The notes under the pieces are model-generated. The model was not told the DNA's origin. It made no database searches and worked only from the letters and a program-made list of their open reading frames with translations. A stretch of DNA of 64,000 nt from Scenedesmus sp. PABB004 (taxonomy: Eukaryota), in contig JABVCE010000009.1 in NCBI GenBank assembly GCA_014905635.1, positions 682,001-746,000 on the forward strand, given 5' to 3'. The position numbers and the translations under genes were made by a program. This document shows positions 36,728 to 48,986 of the stretch, piece by piece. Every line of letters begins with the position of its first letter. Position 1 is the stretch's first letter.

Positions 36728-37706
36728 GCCGGGTCAGTCAACGGCATGGCCGCCAGCGGCAGACGCTGGGGCCCCGGGCCACGGCCGGGCGCCGGGGAAC
36801 CGGGCCTGCTGCCCCGCGGACCGGGACCGGTGCGTCGGGGCGTGGGTGCTGCCGCTAGCTGCGCCCCCGGCGCCGCCGCGGGCGCCGCCGCTGGCTGCAC
36901 CGCCGGCGCCGCCGCGCGCGCCGGCTCGGGCGAGAGCGCGCGCTCGGCCTCGGGCAGCAGCTGCGCCTTGACGCGGTCCAGCAGCTGCCGGCGCTGCTCC
37001 GCGCTCAGCGCGCCGTAGCTCGCCAGGCGGCCCGCGGCGCCGCGGAGCTGCTCGCCGAGGTCCGCCGCGCCACCGCCGGCCGGCGCCGCCGCCGCCGCAG
37101 CGGCCGCGAGCTCGCCGAGGCCCCAGACCGCAAACTGGGAGAAGCTGACGTCAGCGCCCTGCGCGTCGGTGTAGGCGTGGGCCGCCTCATGCTCGATGCC
37201 AGCGGCAAGGCCCTGCAGCACGCGCAGCGCGTGCGCCTCCTCGCCCGCGGCGGCGGCGCGCGCCGGCTCGCCGCCGCCCGGCCCGCTGCGGCGCGCCGCG
37301 CGGGCAGGCAGGGCGGGCGGGCGGGCGGCATGAGCGGAAGACGCGCGTGCGCCAGGCGCATGCCCATCGATGCGCCGCCGCACCTGCCGAGCGCCGCACG
37401 CAGGCCGGCGCCGCGCAGGTGCTGGCGCGGTGACGGCAGCAGGGGCAGGCCCAGGCGGCGCTGCGGCACAGGCGGCGGAGCGGCGAAGCGGTGAGCGCGC
37501 GATCGGCGGCGCCCAGCGCCGCAGCGCGCTGCTCTCGCGCGCCGCCGCCGCAGGCGCCGTGACTGCGGGCTGGCGCCGGCGCGACGCCGCACCAGCATGC
37601 GTCGCTGGTGGGCGAGCGGGACGCGCCCGGCGGGCCGGCTGGCGGGCGGCGGCGGGCTGGCTCGAAGCTGCTGCTTCGCGCCCAGGCGCGGCAGGGCGCT
37701 GCTCAT
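34168..37706 (-). CDS. YqaJ/lambda-exonuclease-like (PD-(D/E)xK) nuclease with long N-terminal extension
   Basis: PEWLALRAGRMTGSAIA, MVYGTRHEPTALAAY, WLAASPDGLI, GVLEIKCPW, YYMPQ|VQLLCEVLDREW, RDREYF; start codon uncertain (37706 or 37598). Confidence 0.85.
36678..36727. repeat. (CAG)n coding poly-Gln tract (~16)
   Basis: Perfect CTG run on + strand inside the YqaJ gene. Confidence 0.95.
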
Positions 37707-38005
37707 GCGCGCTTCCGGAGACCAAGACGTCTACACAAGCTCTGTAGCAAGACGCAGGGCGCGGCGGCGCTGCGGCGGCGCTCCGGCGGCACTGCGGCGG
37801 CACGCGGCGCTGTTCGCGCGCTGCTCGCGAGCGCCGCCGGCGATACACGCGCGCAGGCACGGAGAGGAGCCTCGAGCCTCGAGCACCTGCTTCGAATCAC
37901 ACGAGAGCGACCACGAGCCCGCCCCCGCCGACCGCCGCTGAACCGCGCCCACTGCCCCGCCGCGCCGTCTGCCGGCCAGCGCGTCCGCCGCGCCGCGCCG
38001 GCGCA

Positions 38006-39447
38006 TCAGCCGCCGCCGCCGGGCGGGCGCTCGAGCACGAAGAGGTTGCCCTTGTCGTCGCGGCCGACGCGCAGCTCGTCGTCGACGTACGTGAGCTCGA
38101 GCCAGCCCTCGGGGTTGAAGATCGACAGCAGCAGCTCATAGTTTGCCTCAAACAGCGCCTGCAGCTGCTCCGGCACCTGCGCGCGGCGCGCGGCGGCGGC
38201 CGCATGTGCGCGCGCGCGAGCCGGCGCGCGGCGGCGCACGGCGGCCGACCGCGCGCCCCGCCGGCTGCACGCCGCCGCCCGGCCGGCCGGCCGGCCGGCC
38301 GCACCAGCGTCGACTCGACGAAGCGGATGTCGACGCGGCTGTCCGACGCCGGCGTGAACGCTGCCTTGACCGTGAGGCTGCCGCTCAGCTTGCCAAAGCC
38401 GCCGACGTTGAACTGCACGACGTTCAGCTGCGCACGGCGGCGCGGCGCGGCGCGGCGTTGCGTTCGGCGCGGCTGCCAGCACGCCGCCGGGGCATCCGCC
38501 CCGCGCCCTTGGCCCGCCCCGCGCTCTGCGCCCCCGCCCCGCGCTCCGCGCCCGCGCCCTGCCGCGCCGCGCCGCACCGCGAGCTGGTTGTCCACGTCGA
38601 TGCGCTGCTGGAACTCCCCGAGCTTGATGAACTCCCGCAGCCCCAGCTTCGTCTTCTTCACACCCTGCCCCGGCAGCGGCGCGCCGGGCGGCGCGGCGCG
38701 GCGCGGCGGGCGGCGGCGGCGCGGCGGGCAGCGGCGGCTCGGCGGCGGCGGGGCGGCAGCGCACGGGCGGCGCGGGCGGGCGGGCGAGCAGGCGCCACGG
38801 CGGGGCGCACCGTGATGGTGATGGTCGTGTAGACAAGGTTCCACGCCCCCGCAACGCGCTCCAGGTGCGCCGTCGGCTGCTGCAGCGGGTTGACCGCCTC
38901 GAGCGCCTCCACGATGCCAGCGACCTCCTGCCGCTTCGCCGACTGCGGCGCGGCGCGGCGCGGCGCGGCGCGGCCCGCGCTCGGCGGCGGCGCAGCGCGC
39001 CCAGCGGCGCGTGCTGCCACCGCTGCTGTCGGTGCTGCTGTCGGTGCCCGGCGGCGCACCGGCACGCCAAAGATGCCGCGGTCGGTGCCCGCGACCGCGG
39101 CGCGCAGCTGCTGCTTCAGCGCCGCCGCGACGTCCGCCGCTGCCAGCTCCGCGCCCGCCGCCGCCCGCGCCCGCACGCCGCCCTGCGAGGTCGGGCGCCC
39201 ACGCGGCCGGCAGGGAATTGTGGGAAGGCCGGCACAGCGGCGCGCGGCTGGGTGGCGTGCCGCCCCGGTGCGTGGCCAGCGCGGCGTGCGGCGCTGCTGC
39301 GCCGTCGCCGCGCGCCGCCGCCGCGCGCCGCACCGGCCTCCAGCTGGCCGCGCGGTGGTGGCGCAGGCCTGGGCACGCCGCGGGCACGCAGGCGCGGCCG
39401 CTGGTGCTGGGGCCACCACTCCCGCAGGCTCGCGCCGCGCACTGCAT
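38006..39447 (-). CDS. FBN5: PAP/fibrillin, fibrillin-5-like, plastid
   Basis: [17 protein letters not shown]...LEAVNP...[22 protein letters not shown]...[36 protein letters not shown]. Confidence 0.88.
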
Positions 39448-39781
39448 GCTCGCCGCCGCTCTGCTGGCCCTGACGGCGCGTCTAGGGACGGGCGACGAGT
39501 TGCACGCCTGACGCGCTCGCAGGTGTGGCGGACACCGCGCTCTGCGCGGCGGGAGGCGCCTGGGCAGCAGCAGTCGTCGGGTCACGGCGTAATTGTGGTT
39601 CGGCTGCACCTCGCCCAGCCCCTGCCGCGCGGCCACGCCGCCTGCGAGATCTCACGCACGCGCCAGGATTGCCGCCGCCGCGCTCCGGGCTCGCAGCAGC
39701 GCGCTCGCCGCCCGCATCGGCGCTAGCGGCGCGCGCAGCGGGATCGCTGGCGTGAGGGTGGGGTCCTAGCCCATCCCAGTC

Positions 39782-40707
39782 ATGAACGCCGCGGGGCTGC
39801 GGCAGCAGGCGGGCGGCCTGCTGCGGCGGCCGGCGCCGGGCGCCTGCGCCCCCAGGTGCGCGCGGCGACGCCCGACCGCGCTGCATTGGTGCCCCACGAC
39901 CGGCGGTCGGGTGGCGAGCATCGCCAGCGCGCGCGCAGGGGCCTGGCAGCGCACGGCGCGGCCGCAGCCGCCGGCCGCAGCGCCGCGCCGCTGCTGCTGC
40001 CGCGCCGCCGCGCCGCCGTGCGCGCGCCGCTCACCGCGGCGCCCCGCCCCGCCCCTCCCGCCCCGGCCCTGCAGGCTGCCGGGACTGGCGGCGGCGCCGC
40101 GCGGCGCGGGCAGCGGCCGCTGGGCGCGGCTGCAGACGCCGCGCAGCGCGGCCGACGCGGGCGCGCTCGGCGGCGACGTGCCGCAGCAGCCGCCGCCCGC
40201 GGAGGAGGAGCAGCCGTACGAGTACAAGCCCTTTGCCCGCTTGCGAGAGCGCAACCCCTACCGGTGCGGCGGCGCCGGCGCCGGCAGCGGCGCCCGCCGG
40301 GCTAGCCCCCTCTGCGCTGCGGCTGACGCGCGCCCGTCCACGCCGCGCAGGCTGCTGGGCGTGTCGCGGGAGGCCTCGTTCGAGGAGATCCAGGACGCGC
40401 GCAACTACCTGTATGAGGTGTGCACTGGCGGCGCGGCGCGGCAGCGCAGCGCGGCGCGGCATGGCGGCGCCCCGACCGCCGACGGGGCGCCCGCCGACGG
40501 CCGCCCGCCGCCGCGCCCGCCGCTGCCCCGCCCGCGCAGCAATACAAGTGGCACGAGCCGAGTAGAGAGGCGATCGAGCTGGCCTTTGACTCGCTGCTGC
40601 AGGCGAGCCCGCGCCGCAGCGCCGCGCGCGTGCCGTCGCTCGGGGGGCGCCCCCGACCGCCCCCCTCCCGCTCGTCGCGGGCGCCCCGCTCCCCCGCCAA
40701 CGCCCCC

Positions 40708-40750
<43 letters not shown>

Positions 40751-41568
40751 GCACAGAAGCACCTGTCCGGGCGGTTCAAGTTTGGCTTCCGCCCGCCGCG
40801 CACGGGGCGGCGCACCGACGTGATCGGCGAGCGCCGCTCGGGCCTGCTCGACGCCGCCGTGGCGCTGCTCGACCCGACCGTCACGACGCGCACGCTCATC
40901 AACGAGGGCGCCGTGTTCGGCGCGTTTGCGCTCTGGTGCGCCCCGCCGCGCGCCGCCCGCGCTCGCCCGCGCGCCGCCCGCGCGCCCGACGCGGCCCCTT
41001 TGCTCGCCCGTGCCACTCCCCCTCACACACACACACACCACGCTCACCGCCACGCCCGCCCGCGCGTGCGCGCAGGGTGCTGTTTTCGAGCGACCAGTCG
41101 TTCCCGCTCGCCGGCGCGTTTGCATACAGCGTGTACCAGTTCCAGTCCAAGCGCGTGCGCCGCGACCCCGAGGGCCCCTTCCTCGGCGGCAACGCGATCG
41201 TCGGCGCGATCCTCTCCACGCTCGCCTGCCTCGCCGTGGCGTGCGCGGTGCGCCGCCGCGCCCGCCGCCGCGCGCCCTCGCGCCGCCGCGCGCCCTCGCG
41301 CCGCCGCGCGCCCTCGCGCCGCCGCGCGCCCTCGCGCCGCCGCGCGCCCTCGCGCCGCCGCGCGCCCTCGCGCCGCCGCGCGCCCTCGCGCCGCCGCGAG
41401 CCCTCTCACGTGCCGCCGCTGCATCCGCCGCCGCCGCCGCGCGCGCGCCGACAGGTCATGGCGGTGCTGACCGGGCCGCTGACGGCGGTGCTGGGCCAGT
41501 CGTCGCGGCAGGTGGGCGGCTTCATCACCATCGCCGTCATGGGCGCGGTCGGCATCTACCTCAAGTAA
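39782..41568 (+). CDS. CPP1-like J-like plastid protein (DUF3353)
   Basis: NPYR|LLGVSREASFEEIQDARNYLYE|QYKWHEPSREAIELAFDSLLQ, then three hydrophobic segments ending ...GIYLK*. Confidence 0.85.
41263..41405. repeat. Intronic 18-bp minisatellite (CGCCGCCGCGCGCCCTCG) x ~8
   Basis: Directly visible in the last CPP1-like intron. Confidence 0.95.
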
Positions 41569-42513
41569 CGACAGCGTCATAACGCAGCGCGGGGCGGGCG
41601 CGCAGGGCGGCGGCGGGGCTCGGGCTGGCGGGCAGCTGGCAGGGGGACGGGCAGGCAGGCGGGGTGGTGCCGTTCTCATGTGAAACGTCTCCTTCTTCCC
41701 TCGCTCGGCCGCTGGCCGTTCACGGGCAGACGCAACGCCTCGTAACAGCAGGACATTCTTCGCCTCCGCGGAGCGCGACGCGCGTGCGTTGGCTCCCAAC
41801 AGATCACCGCACCGCGCGGCGGGCGCGCGCCGCCGGCGGGGGGCCGCGGCGGCATGCCAGTGCCGCGCGGCGCCCCGGGCGGCGCGGCGGCGCGCGACCG
41901 ACCAACCAGGGGCGCGCGCCGGCCGCCGCATCTGCTGCTGCGGCTGGCGCGCGTGCGGCCCGCAGGGGCCGGCCGGCTCACAATGCTCAGCTACGCCCAC
42001 TCCCCCCTTGTCCCCCCCCCCCCCCCCTTGTACGACAGCACACACAGCACACACGCTCTCCCTGTCCCTGTACCTGTCCGGCCCACGCCGCGGCGCGCCG
42101 CGCTGCCCCGGGCGGGCGCGCGCGGCGCCGACGGCCAGCGATGCAAGCTCCAGCGGCGGGCGGCAGGGCGCGCGCGCGCCCGTCAGTGCCCCGGGCGGTC
42201 GCGCATCTAGGCGCGCCGCCGGCGAAGAAGAATCATCTGCAGGCAGTGCCGCTGTGCGCCCGCCTGCGCGCTGCCCAGTCACCTTGATTCCCCCGCGTGG
42301 CGGCCCCCGCCCCGACCCCTCTCCCCTCCCTCGACCCCCCCCCCCCTGGGTGTGCGCTCGCCGCCGCCGCTGCCGCCCGCGGTTTGGCCGCGCCGCGCCG
42401 CGCGCGACGCGCGGCGGCCCGCCCGCGCCGGCCACGTGCGATGCGTGCATGTGGTCAGACAGACAGACAGCCAGACAGGCGACACGCCGCCGGTGCTTGC
42501 AAAGTACTGTACT

Positions 42514-45500
42514 TTACTTGCGCACCGCGGTGTAGAAGCTGGAGTACATGTTGACCTTGTCCATGTAGGTCCACTCGGCCCCCTCCTGCGCGCGGCTGAT
42601 GCACGTCACGCTGAACCCGGCGTCCGCGATGACCTGCCGTGGCGGGCGAGCGGCGGCGGCGGCGGCGCGGCGGGTGAGCGGCGGGCGGGCGGTGCTGCAC
42701 CTTGCGGCTTGTGGCGGCGCGCGGCGGGGCGGGCTGGCGCGTCGCAGCGCGCGCGTGCGCACCTGGGCGTAGGGCGGCGAGAGGCTGGCTGAGCGCCAGA
42801 TGATGATGCCGCCGGGCACGACCTGCTCCGCGAGCGTGGCCGCGAGCTCGCGCACGGTCCTGTCGTCGAGCCAGTCGACGTGGTCCATTAGGATGACCTG
42901 GCGGGAGGGGAGGGAGGCAGGGAGGGAGGGAGGGCGGAGCAGGGCGGAGCAGCGAGAGGGGAGGGAGCAGAGCAGGGTGAGCGCGGGTGGGGTGGGGGGG
43001 GGGAGTGTCGAGCGAGCGTGGCAGGGCGCGGCGCGCGGCGGGCGGCGGCGGGCCACGCGCGCGCGGCGGCGCGCGGCCGGCGCGCGCGCGTGCCTTGGAG
43101 TAGCGGCGCGCGCGCAGCTCTTCCAAGAAGAAGCCGCTGGCGATGGTGAGGCGGTCGATGAGGCCGCTCTGTGACACACGGGGCGGGGCGGGTGGGGGAG
43201 GGCGGGGGCAGGCAGGGTCGGCAGAGCAGAGAGAGGCGCGCAGAGCCCTACACGCGCACGCGGGGCGTGGTGCTGCGCTGGGCCCGGCGCTGCGCGCGGC
43301 GCTGCACGCGCCTTGAGGCGCGAAAAGCCGGCCTCGGTAAGGTACGAGGGGCAGTTGTCGCGCAGGAAGTGGCCGGTGATGCAGTTGTAGTAAAAGTAGT
43401 TGGAGCTCCGCAGGTGGCTGTTCTCGGCGATGCCTGCCGGTTCGACGCAGCGGGCGTCAGACCGCACAGCGCGGCGCGGCGGGTGGGCGGGGGCGGGGGT
43501 GAGGGCCCAGCGGGGCGGCGGGCGCCCCACGCGGCGGCGGCGGCGGCGCGGCGGCGGGCGCGGCGCGGCGGGCGGCGCGGCGGCGGGCGGCGGCGCGGCG
43601 GCGGGCGCGGCGCACCGTCGACGGTGCGCGCGAGGTAGGTCTCGATGGGGATGCCGTCGCGCTTGATGAGCGCGTACTGCTTGCCGGGCACGCCGCCGCC
43701 AAACCAGAGCACGACCCGGTTGAACAGCAGCAGCGCGAGCAGCTTGCTGAACAGCCACACGAGCAGGCGCGGGCCGCTCTTGCAAAAGTGCACGAGCGCG
43801 AGCGAGTCCCACTGGCGCCGCTGCTCGGCGAGCGTCGGCGCGTTGGCGAGGCGGCGCATCGCGAAGCTCAGCCCCGTGACGGTCGCGAGGCACTGCAGCA
43901 CCCAGCAGAGCTTGCCCTGGCGACGAGGCAGGCGGCGGGCGGCGGCGGCGTGGGCGCGGCGCCGGGGCGGCGGCGCGCTGCGGCGGGCGCAGCAGCCGCC
44001 CGGCGCCATGCGCGCAGGGCGCCCCTGCCCCGCGACGCTCCCCCGCCCCGCAGGCGCCGCCCCATGCGCCCCTCCCCCGCGGGCGCCCGCCCCGCGCCGC
44101 ACCATGCCGCCCTGGTAGTAGAGGCCCTGCTTGAAGTACCACAGCCGGCCCGCCCAGAAGGCGTAGGCCTTCTGGCTGAGGTACGGCCCCAGGCGGCTCT
44201 CAAACAGGCGGCCGATGTAGGGGTGCCTGCCCTCGCCAAACATCTGCCACACGTCCTCAAACTCCAGCTGCTCGATCGCGACCTTTTTGAGCTCGAGCAG
44301 GCTGCTCTGCGCAGGGTTGCAGTCCACGCTCACGACGTGCCCCGCGCCGTGCAGCAGCAGGTTGAGCGCGTTGCAGCCGCCGCTCGTGAGCGTGAGCACC
44401 GTGTCGTCGCCGTTGATGCGCATCACCTGGCGGTGCCAGGGTTGAACCAACAGCGCCAGACGGCCGGCGGCCGGGTCGGCAGCGGCGGCGGCGCGGCGCG
44501 CTGCGCGGCTCGCGCGCGCTGCCAGCCCGCGGGTTCAAGCGCCGCCGCGCGGCGCACCCGCATGTCGGGCTCCGGGTCCTCCCACGACTGGGTGTAGAGG
44601 AAGGTCGGCGGGAAGAGCGCCGGCGCCTCGACGCGCTGCTCGTGGTGCAGCTGCTTCGCCGCGTCCGCCCACGGCCGGCCCAGCCACACGCAGAACGGCG
44701 CGCGCAGGTAGGGCACCCAGGGGATGCTGCCCTCTGCGCGGCGTCCGGGCGCGGCGGCGCGCGGGCCGCGGCCGGTCAGCGACCCGGACGGCGCGCACGC
44801 GCCGGCGGTGGGCCGCGCTCCAGGCTGCCCCCCGACCGCTCCCCGACTGCTCCCCGCGCGCGCGCGCGCGCCCGGCCGTCCCCGGGCGCCAGGCTGGCCG
44901 CGCCGGCGCGCCGCGCGCCGCACCCGAGTTGACCTCCCACAGGCGCTCGAGCTTGGTCTCCAGGTAGGCGCGGCGCTCGGGGCCAATGTCGATGTTGTCA
45001 ATGTCAAAGATGGACCTGAGGGAGAACAAGGGTTTAGGGAAAACAAGGGTTTAGGGAAAACAAGGGTTTAGGGAGCCGGCGGACGGACAGCAGGCGGGCG
45101 GGCGGGCGGGCAGTGAGCGCGCGCGCGGCTGGAGGGAGCCGGGGCAGGGCATGGCGGCGGCGCGGGCAGGGCGGCGGCGGCGCGGGGCAGCGGCGGCGGC
45201 CGGGCGGCGCGGGCGGCGCGGCGGCCGCACCGCCAGAAGAAGCGGCGCGCCCAGTGCATCTGGCGCAGCGGCGTGTCGTACTTGGCCGACACGAAGAAGT
45301 CGGTGAGGCCGAGCAGCCCCGACGGCGACAGCTGCGACACCGCGTTGTCCACGGCGTCGTGGAACGGCGGGATCACTGCGCACCGGGCGCGGACGGCGAC
45401 GCGCGGGGGCGCGGTGTGGGCCCGGGCGCGCGCGCGAGGCGCGGCGGCGCGCGCGCGCGGGGCCCGTCCCCCGCACGGCGAGGCTGCGCGCTGCGCGCGG

Positions 45501-46685
45501 GCGCGGCCGCCGGCGGGCGGCCACTCACTCGAGAGGGAGTAGGAGAAGGTGATGAGGTCGGCGGCGCCGCCGGGCACGCGGAACTCACAGGCGTCGCCCT
45601 CGACGACGTGCACGTTGGCCCACCCGCGCGCCTTGACCTGCGGTGCGGCGGCGGGGCCGGCGCGGCGGCGCGTGGGCGCGCGGGCTGCGTGCAGGGCGCG
45701 GAGTGCCGCGCTAGGTGAGTGCCGGCGGCGGCGCGCGCGCGGGCGGGGGGCCGCACCTTGGCGCGCGCCTGCTCGCAGAGCGAGTGGCAGAGGTCGACCA
45801 CGTACACGGCCTTGAAGGCCGAGAGCGGCAGGTACTCATCCATCATCGCCACGTTCTCCTGCAAGACAGCGGCAGCAGCAGCGCAGAGCAGCGGCGGCAG
45901 GTGACGCGGCCGGCCGCCCCGAGGGAGAGCGCGCGCCGGGTGAGCGGGCGCTGATGCCGCGCGAGCGCTCGCGCGCGCGCGAGCGGCGCCGCGGCGGGCT
46001 GGCGGCCGCCGCGCTCGCGCGTGCGCTGCCTGGGCGCCCCGCTGTCGCCGCCCCGGCCGCAAGGGCGGCGGCGCGGGCGCGTCCGCCGCCGGGTGTCGCC
46101 GGCGTTGCCCCCGCCGCCGGTGCCGGCGCTGCCGGCGCCCCCTCTGAGCGCACGCCAGCGCCCACCCTGGGGCGCTGTGCCTGATCGACGCCCCCGCGGG
46201 GCGGCAGCGCGCGGCGCCGGCCCGCTGCGCCGGGGTGCGCTCCCCGCGCCATCACGGGCCGTGCGGCGCGCGCGCGCGGCGTGGGGCGCGGCGCTCACCC
46301 CCGTGCCGCCGCCCATGTCGACCCAGACCAGGTCGGCGCCCTCCCGCAGGCGCGCGGCCGCGGCAGCGAGCATGGGGCGCCGGCCCCACAGAAACTTCTC
46401 CCTGAAGCGATCATACTGCGCGCGCGGGGCGGTGATCGTGGGCCCTGCGCCCCCGGCCAAGGCGCGGTGGCGCGCGGGGCTCGCCTTGGCCGCCTGCTGG
46501 GAGTAGAACGATTCCAGTCGCTGCGCGTGCGTGTCGCCGCGCTTGGAGCCGAACCAGAGGTGCTTGAGGACGATGATGTCGTCCTTGACCTCCCCCAGGC
46601 TCTTCAGGCGCTCCAGGCTCCAGGTGCGGCGCAGGTGCGCGGGCACGGCGCCCGACCCCGCCGTGAGCTCGCCGCCCTTGCCCAT
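42514..46685 (-). CDS. BTA1: Betaine lipid (DGTS) synthase BTA1 (BtaB+BtaA fusion)
   Basis: LKHLWFGSKRGDTHAQRLESFY..QA, FLWGRRPML, VWVDMGGGTG|ENV, FPPTFLYTQSWEDPEPDM, LTLTSGGCNAL, VDCNPAQSSLLELK, ILMDHVDWL, YMDKVNMYSSFY. Confidence 0.95.
45019..45074. repeat. 3 x 17-bp repeat containing telomere-type TTTAGGG, abutting a BTA1 3' splice site
   Basis: (AGGGAAAACAAGGGTTT)3. Confidence 0.9.
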
Positions 46686-47115
46686 GCTGGCCGGCTCTGC
46701 TGCTCAGCGCGTCGCGGGCGGCGCGGCGTCGCAAACGCGGGCATGCGGCGGGCGCTGGCGGCTCGGCGCGCGCGCTGGCCGAGGGCGTTAGGTGGCACAT
46801 AACTGCTGGTGCGGGCACAATGCCCCGGCCGGCGCATCGCGGCAGTTTTGAAACACACACGCTCTCGCGCGTGTCACGGACGCGCGCCCTGCCGCGATCA
46901 GGCGCGCGCGGGCCAGCCGCACGGCGGCGCGCGGCCGCCGCTGCTGCGGGCCGGTGAGTGGCGCGGGCCGCCCCGCGCCCAGCGCGCGCGGCGCGGCGCC
47001 GCGCCGCCGCCGGGGCTGCGGCGGCGTGCATGGCGGCCTGGCGGCAGCGGGCGCCGGCGGCGGCGGGCAGCAGCGCGCTGCGGCCGCAGCGGCAGCGAGC
47101 TGCGGCGCCGGCGCG
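46631..47115 (+). repeat. ~485-bp direct repeat copy 1 (BTA1 first codons + divergent promoter + flavodoxin 5' end)
   Basis: Near-identical to 48316-48801. Confidence 0.95.
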
Positions 47116-48309
47116 TCGCGGCCGCGCGTTGCCGCCGCGCCGCCGCCGCTGCCGCGCGCCGCCGCGCGCCGCGCTGGGCGTCGTCTACACCAGCGCCGGC
47201 GGCGCGACGCGGCGCGCGGCGGAGCTGATCGCGGCCCGGCTCGGCGCCGCGGCGGCGGGGCCGCCGATTGACCTCGCGGCGCTGCCCGGCGGGCTCGCCG
47301 ACCTGGCCGGCCTGGACGGTCTGATCGTCGGCGCGCCGACGTACAACACCGGCGCGGCCCGCCAGCGCAGCGGCACCGCCTGGGACGACGCGCTCTGCTG
47401 CGAGCGCGGGCTCGCGGCGCTGCGGGTGCGCTGCACGCGCGCGGCCTGGCACGCCCGCCGGCGAGCGCCCACCGCCGCGACCGCGCCGCGCCACAGGGCA
47501 AGCCCTTTGCAGTGTTTGGATTGGGCGACGCGGCGCGGTTCAAGCACAGCTTTGCGGACGCCATCGGCGAGCTGCACGACGTGCTCGCTGCCGCGGGCGC
47601 AGTGCCGCTCACTGCCAGCTACGCCTGCCCCTCCGACTACCTGCATGCCGCGTCCAAGGCGCTCCGCGCGCCCGGCGGCGGCGGCGCGCCGGGCGCCGTC
47701 GTGCAGTCGGCGGCGCGCGGCGGGCGGTTTGTCGGGCTGCCGCTCGACTCTGCGAGCCAGCCGGAGCTCACGCCGTCGCGCGTGCGGGCCTGGTGCGCCG
47801 GGCTGCTCGAGCAGCTGGCGCGCGAGCACCCGCGCGCGCTCGCGCCGGCGGCCGCGCGGTCTCCTTGGCCGGCGCCGGCCGCGGCGGCGGCGGCGCAGCC
47901 GCTCGCCATCGGCGACTGGCCGGCTGCCTGGCCGGCGAGCGGCGCGTTTGGTGGCCTGCGCCTCTGGGGCTTTGCGTTCACCGACCGCTACTACCAGTTT
48001 GGTGACCGCTGGGCGCGCTTTGCCGACGACGGCTTCCTGCTGCGGGCGGGGTTCAGGGAGCACCCCGTGTGGGCGCACGCCTACGCCGACGTCGCGGGCG
48101 TGCAGGTCGGGCCGCCGCGGCCGTGCGGCGCCGGGGAGTGCGCCGACGTGCGCGTGTCGCTGCGCGGCCGCCCCGGCGCCGCGGTCGTGCTGCGGGAGGT
48201 GGAGGTGTCGCGCGGCGGCGGCTGCGTCGTCGCAGACTTCCTGCGCGCGCAGGCCGCGGCGCACGCCGGCGGCGCCGCCGCGGCGCGCGCGCTGGCCGAC
48301 GGCGGGTAG
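47030..48309 (+). CDS. Plastid-type long-chain flavodoxin fused to an uncharacterised C-terminal domain
   Basis: Transit-like peptide, GVVYTSAGGATRRAAELI, DGLIVGAPTYNTGAARQRSGTAWDD, one intron (47426-47496), GKPFAVFGLGD...FADAIGELHD, FVGLPLD...RVRAW; ~150 extra residues after the domain. Confidence 0.8.
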
Positions 48310-48315
48310 CGCGCT

Positions 48316-48801
48316 GCAGGTGCGCGGGCACGGCGCCCACGCCCGCCGTGAGCTCGCCGCCCTTGCCCATGCTGGCCGGCTCTGCTGCTCAGGCGTCGCG
48401 GGCGGCGCGGCGTCGCAAACGCGGGCATGCGGCGGGCGCTGGCGGCTCGGCGTGCGCGCTGGCCGAGGGCGTTAGGTGGCACATAACTGCTGGTGCGGGC
48501 ACAATGCCCCGGCCGGCGCATCGCGGCAGTTTGAAACACACACGCTCTCGCGCGTGTCACGGACGCGCGCCCTGCCGCGATCAGGCGCGCGCGGGCCAGC
48601 CGCACGGCGGCGCGCGGCCGCCGCTGCTGCGGGCTGGTGAGTGGCGCGGGCCGCCCCGCGCCCAGCGCGCGCGGCGCGGCGCCGCGCCGCCGCCGGGGCT
48701 GCGGCGGCGTGCATGGCGGTCTGGCGGCAGCGGGCGCCGGCGGCGGCGGGCAGCAGCGCGCTGCGGCCGCAGCGGCAGCGAGCTGCGGCGGCGCCGGCGC
48801 G
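48316..48801 (+). repeat. ~485-bp direct repeat copy 2 (orphan BTA1 and flavodoxin start codons)
   Basis: Encodes MGKGGELTAGVGAVPAHL (-) and MAVWRQRAPAAAGSS (+) without the gene bodies. Confidence 0.95.
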
Positions 48802-48986
48802 GCGCCCCCTGTCGCTGATGTGCGCGCACGCTCGGCGGGGTGGGCCAGGCCGTCGAGCCGGTGACGCCATTACCCCCGCCCGCAACGCCTGCTGCCGCGC
48901 CGCTCGCCGCGGCCCGCCGCGCGTGCTGCGAGCCCCGGGCCCCGGGCCCTGGGCCCTGCGGGCCACCCCGGCGCTCCAGAATGAGG

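Noticed and set aside
41263..41405. Regular repeats as a possible CRISPR array (also 45019, 60761, 8976)
   Set aside because: Head-to-tail units without unique spacers, inside introns, and no cas genes
46631..48801. Direct repeats as LTRs
   Set aside because: No TG...CA ends, PBS/PPT or gag-pol; the repeat is host promoter and start-codon sequence
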